Shown: piece by piece, positions 60,235 to 64,000 of the stretch
How positions within the stretch are numbered: position 1 is the first letter of the stretch
How the letters are laid out: every line of letters begins with the position of its first letter
Virus record (IMG/VR): IMGVR_UViG_3300020148_000032
DNA: 64,000 nucleotides
Strand: one strand, 5' to 3'
Source of the DNA: a virus
Taxonomy: Duplodnaviria; Caudoviricetes
The notes under the pieces: model-generated
What the model was told of the DNA's origin: nothing
Database searches by the model: none
Seen by the model: only the letters and a program-made list of their open reading frames with translations
Made by a program: the position numbers and the translations under genes

Positions 60235-61650
60235 TTGATCGTGGTTTTTGATAATGATTCTGGAGAACTACCTGATGAGACTAGTGATAGTTTCTCTTTA
60301 CCTGATGTTAGTCCAGATGAACTTCCAGAATTTCCAGAATTGCCCGATGCGGAAAATTTAGAGGCTCTTATTCAAGAGGCAATTGAGGATTCTGAAGTTG
60401 AAGATGATTTGTTCTCTAGCAGCCTTGATGATCTTATTAAAATGCGTGATTCTTCAGATAACTCTTATGATGAGAATGATTCTTTTGGTGGAGTTTCCGA
60501 TGAAGTTAAAGAGCCGAGAGAGGTTTTATCGAAGTCTTTTGGTGCTTTTGCTGTTGAGGATGATGAGGATCCGTTACTTGGGTTTAATATTGATAAGGTT
60601 TTAAGTGATGCTATTGACCTTGGAGCTTCTGATGTGCATATTAACCCTAATGATCAAGTGAGTTTTACGATACTTGGTGACATTTATAGACAACCTGGTT
60701 ATGTAGAATTGACTGGTAATATTACTCAGAGGTTACAACAAAAGATTATTTCCCATGTTCTTGAGGCTGATTTTGTTGAAGAATTAGAGTTGGACACGAG
60801 TTATGTAATAAAGACTGGCAAGCATCGTGGTCGCCGAATGCGTTTGAGTGTTGGTAAAAGTTTCGGTGAAATCTTCATGGTTTTCCGTGTGATTGCTGAC
60901 AAGGTTCCTACTCCTGAAGAGTTGGGTATCAGTGGAGAATTACTTAGTTGGACAGAGCTACCTAATGGTTTGATAATGGTGAATGGACCTACTGGTACTG
61001 GTAAGAGTACTACGCTTGCTAGCATGTTAAAGAAGATTCAGTTAGAGCGCGCGCAGAAGGTTATTACTATTGAGCGACCTATTGAGTTCGTGTTTGGTAA
61101 TGAGGGTAAGGCTTTAGTAACTCAGCGTGAGGTTGGTAAGGATGCGCGTAGTTTCTCTAATGCTTTGACTAGTGCGATGCGTCAGGCGCCGGATATTATT
61201 ATGGTGGGTGAGGTTCGTAATCGTGTTGAGGTGAATGAGTTGTTAAGGGCTGCTGAGACGGGCCACCTTGCTATTAGTACTATGCATACGAATAGTGCTC
61301 CAGCGACTATTAATCGTATTAAGTCTTTGTATGAGGGTGATGAGCAATTAAGGATTTTGTCTGGACTTAGTGATGTTGCTCGTGGTTTTGCTAATCAGGT
61401 CTTGTTAAAGACTGTTGATGGTAAGGGTCGCTTTGCTGTTCGTGAGGTTCTTCCAGTAACTCGTGAGATTCAAGATTTGATACTTAAGGGTGATGTGAGA
61501 GGTATTCGTGAGTACCAGATTGACAATAAGATTACTATGGAGCATGAACTTGTGAAGGCTGTTAGAAGCGGTAAAGTTGATGTTCGTACTGCTCGAGGTC
61601 AAAGCGCTTACCCTCATTATTTTGATGAGTTAATGAATTCTCGTTTCTAG
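60235..61650 (+). CDS. PilT/PilU-family secretion/pilus ATPase with an acidic N-terminal extension
   Basis: GASDVHI, GPTGTGKSTT, TIERPIE, QREVG.D, MRQAPDIIMVGEVR, AAETGHL..STMH. Confidence 0.92.
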   Translation: MIVVFDNDSGELPDETSDSFSLPDVSPDELPEFPELPDAENLEALIQEAIEDSEVEDDLFSSSLDDLIKMRDSSDNSYDENDSFGGVSDEVKEPREVLSKSFGAFAVEDDEDPLLGFNIDKVLSDAIDLGASDVHINPNDQVSFTILGDIYRQPGYVELTGNITQRLQQKIISHVLEADFVEELELDTSYVIKTGKHRGRRMRLSVGKSFGEIFMVFRVIADKVPTPEELGISGELLSWTELPNGLIMVNGPTGTGKSTTLASMLKKIQLERAQKVITIERPIEFVFGNEGKALVTQREVGKDARSFSNALTSAMRQAPDIIMVGEVRNRVEVNELLRAAETGHLAISTMHTNSAPATINRIKSLYEGDEQLRILSGLSDVARGFANQVLLKTVDGKGRFAVREVLPVTREIQDLILKGDVRGIREYQIDNKITMEHELVKAVRSGKVDVRTARGQSAYPHYFDELMNSRF

Positions 61651-61834
61651 ACATTGGAGTGTAATGATGAATTTTGATGCTTATTATAATGATTCACCTA
61701 TTTATCGTTGTAAGAAGTGTGGTAAGCGGAATGTTGTTGTCTTTGGTAATCTCCCTACTGACTCGAATTTTAAGTGGAAAGAGTAACATCTTTTTGAAAC
61801 TTTTTAGAAAAATCATCTAAATTGGAGTCTTTTT

Positions 61835-62611
61835 ATGCCTAAATACCACATCTCTATAAATGGAGAGCCTGCAGTTTGTAGAGCTTTTAAGCGACCTTGC
61901 CCAGTAGGTGGAGAACATTTTGATACGATGAAAGATGCTAGAGGTTGGCTGGAATCAAAACTTGAGGCACTTACGATCACGTCATTATCAAAGAATCTTG
62001 ATTCTTATCCATTAGTGATGAAGAATGGAGAGCTTGTGAGAACCGGACTTGTCATGTCTAGTAATTTTATTAAAGAGGTTGCAGAGAAAAGCGATAAGAA
62101 TGAGAAGTGGTCTGGAACTTGGGAAGAACTAGAAAACCTTGTCATGAAGAATATGGATAATTGGTCTCCAGGTACTGGTAGTGTGGATGGGGATGTTCGT
62201 TTAGTTCATGTTCCTTCTGAAGGTTTTTATACTAATATTGTAGAAATAAATGATGAGAACAAGCATCTTGTTGAAACTGTTTGGGAAGCTCGAGTTGAGA
62301 AGGAAGATCCGGTACCGATTAGAGTGATCATGGGGGATGAATATGCTCCTGCTCATCATGTGGATGTAGTTCTTTATAGAGCTGATGTTCTTGCTAAGGA
62401 TGATGATAGATCAAGTATTGCTGAGTGGGAAATTGTGAGTGTTAATTCTAAACCTGAAGAATTTGTACCTATGCACCCTAATACTATGAAAAGGAATGCT
62501 TCTAATTCTGTAGGTGGAACGTTAAGGGAATACTCTAAAGAACAGTGGGAAGAGTCCGAAAAGTATTGGGATTCTCATGTATATGTTCGTCTTAAGAAGC
62601 AAGAATTTTAA
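61835..62611 (+). CDS. H-C-C-H tag plus DUF3228-like domain protein
   Basis: MPKYHISINGEPAVCRAFKRPCPVGGEHF; DVVLY...L, WEIVS...PMHP.TM.RN...GGT...Y....W..S..YW. Confidence 0.7.
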   Translation: MPKYHISINGEPAVCRAFKRPCPVGGEHFDTMKDARGWLESKLEALTITSLSKNLDSYPLVMKNGELVRTGLVMSSNFIKEVAEKSDKNEKWSGTWEELENLVMKNMDNWSPGTGSVDGDVRLVHVPSEGFYTNIVEINDENKHLVETVWEARVEKEDPVPIRVIMGDEYAPAHHVDVVLYRADVLAKDDDRSSIAEWEIVSVNSKPEEFVPMHPNTMKRNASNSVGGTLREYSKEQWEESEKYWDSHVYVRLKKQEF

Positions 62612-62614
62612 AGT

Positions 62615-63406
62615 TTAAGAGGTTGACCTGAGATTTTCAGAATATTTTTGGTAAATTTCTTTACCTATTTTGAAGGATTCTGAGGATGCTTTCTCCATAG
62701 TTTTCATGATTTTTTGAGCCCATGGGTGATCAGGTTCGGCTTGCAAGAACTTTAAGACTTCCATTCCTACGAGAGGTTGGAAGTAAACTGCATATATCGC
62801 ATCTTCGTCCCAATGATAAAGGTTCCCATTAACTGCAGCATCAGGGTGGTCAGAATTTTTCTTGAATTGTAAAGAAATACAACTTTTGAGAAACAAATAT
62901 TCGCGGCGGACCTTTTTGAAAGGGTTTTTCTCCTCATTTTCTCTTTTAGAGTTACCGAAAGTTTTTCGTGAGTGAGAATATAGTGATATACCCTTCTTAG
63001 TCTTTTTAGCGAAAGAGTAATGTTTTCTTTCTTTATAGCGAATGTGTTCTAGATCCTCTATAATCGGATCATATGGTAGAGGTTCGTGATTAGAGCCAAA
63101 TTTACATGCATTAAATTCAGCATCGTCAAGTATATTTTGCTGTTTCTTAGTGTAAGAATTAAGGTATTTTTGGTTAAAGTGTTCTGGAAGATAAGTTTCT
63201 TCTTTAAGTAGCTTTTTAGAAACTTTGTCCCCTGCTTCTATGTGCTCTTTTAAGTGGACGACTAAGTCAGTAGCATTGAAGAATGGTTGATCTTTAAACT
63301 TGTGTAGTTTGCATCCATCGCATTTAATATAACCACGGTAGTCAGAAATAATGGTAAGGGCTTCGTCTTTGTTAGTGTAGCGGTGTTGATTTTTTAACCA
63401 ATCCAT
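62615..63406 (-). CDS. Hypothetical protein with C-x2-C...H...H Zn site
   Basis: IKCDGCKL...HLKEHIEAGD. Confidence 0.65.
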   Translation of the reverse strand: MDWLKNQHRYTNKDEALTIISDYRGYIKCDGCKLHKFKDQPFFNATDLVVHLKEHIEAGDKVSKKLLKEETYLPEHFNQKYLNSYTKKQQNILDDAEFNACKFGSNHEPLPYDPIIEDLEHIRYKERKHYSFAKKTKKGISLYSHSRKTFGNSKRENEEKNPFKKVRREYLFLKSCISLQFKKNSDHPDAAVNGNLYHWDEDAIYAVYFQPLVGMEVLKFLQAEPDHPWAQKIMKTMEKASSESFKIGKEIYQKYSENLRSTS

Positions 63407-63512
63407 TATGGAACTCCCTTACTTGCTATTCATACTTTCATTTTTTCACTATTATTTTATCAAGTTTTTAACGTCATACATTGGTATAATAGTAATAAAT
63501 GCGGAGGTTAAT

Positions 63513-64000
63513 ATGAATGTTTTTCTTGTTGGAAATTCACAAAAAGACCTCGAGTGGGCTAAATCCTTTATTAAAGAACACGATGGAGTTCTTATTGAAC
63601 GGGATAAAGTTTACTCTAATTTGTTTAAATCTGAACCAACAAGTGGGGATATTATACAGAATGAATTAATTTTTGACGAGATTCTTTATTCTATCTTTGA
63701 TCTCATGCAAATTAAAGTGGAAACAATTGTTGTTTCTATTTCGCATTTATCTGATGCTTTCTATACTTTTCTTATCATGATGAGACAAGCTCTTGATGAT
63801 TTCCCTATTAATTCTCTTGTTAAAATCCTTTCTGATGGAGAATCTAAGGACGACTTTACTGACCTTGGTGATGATCTTGTTAAGGTGTATGGATTGCAAA
63901 TGGGTTATGGAGAAGTCATCGGAGACGTTCCAATTGAAATGAATTTATTTCTTCAAAGTATAGTTATTGATTTTTATCCCACGTCTTTAAAAGATGTAAA
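63513..64000 (+). CDS. Hypothetical protein, runs off the window
   Basis: TATAAT and GGAGG before MNVFLVGNSQKD; open to the end. Confidence 0.6.
   Translation, partial: MNVFLVGNSQKDLEWAKSFIKEHDGVLIERDKVYSNLFKSEPTSGDIIQNELIFDEILYSIFDLMQIKVETIVVSISHLSDAFYTFLIMMRQALDDFPINSLVKILSDGESKDDFTDLGDDLVKVYGLQMGYGEVIGDVPIEMNLFLQSIVIDFYPTSLKDV

Noticed and set aside
57094-61617. Minus-strand and alternate-frame ORFs inside 57166 and 60235
   Set aside because: Shadow ORFs of strongly skewed real genes.
60235-61650. Assigning the symbol pilT and a type IV pilus system
   Set aside because: The family is clear, but the AIRNLIRE motif is degenerate and no pilins, PilB or PilC are in the window.
1-64000. Genome-wide TAG recoding
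   Set aside because: Only one interrupted ORF suggests it; many intact genes (1998, 5875, 6757, 61650) end sensibly at TAG and coding density is high under the standard code.

Overview
AT-rich (by eye roughly one-third GC), gene-dense segment of what looks like a very large extrachromosomal element, either a giant plasmid or a jumbo-phage-like replicon. No virion structural genes, rRNA, intact tRNA, IS or CRISPR are recognisable. Several proteins (NrdI, PTH2-like hydrolase, toxin-immunity-like proteins, sortase-like protein) resemble actinobacterial families despite the low GC; this is inference. About 0-54 kb is accessory cargo: nucleotide metabolism (nrdI, tdk, DUF550, nucleoside deoxyribosyltransferase-like), RNA/ADP-ribose repair or counter-defence enzymes (2H phosphoesterase, macrodomain, two HAD proteins), a 1785-aa wall-anchored adhesin, CapA, HNH, DnaQ and many paralogous orphans. 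Four observations stand out. (1) A ~40-aa H-C-C-H N-terminal module is fused to four unrelated proteins. (2) A ~1.1-kb non-coding GC-rich, hairpin-dense, ApT-depleted core near 56 kb sits on an extreme strand-skew inversion (origin/oriT-like). (3) That core is followed by a replication-relaxation-like protein with a ~550-aa acidic tail and a PilT-like ATPase. (4) A shared C-terminal LP-x5-6-L motif ends six otherwise divergent proteins. All family calls come from motif recognition by eye, not database searches.
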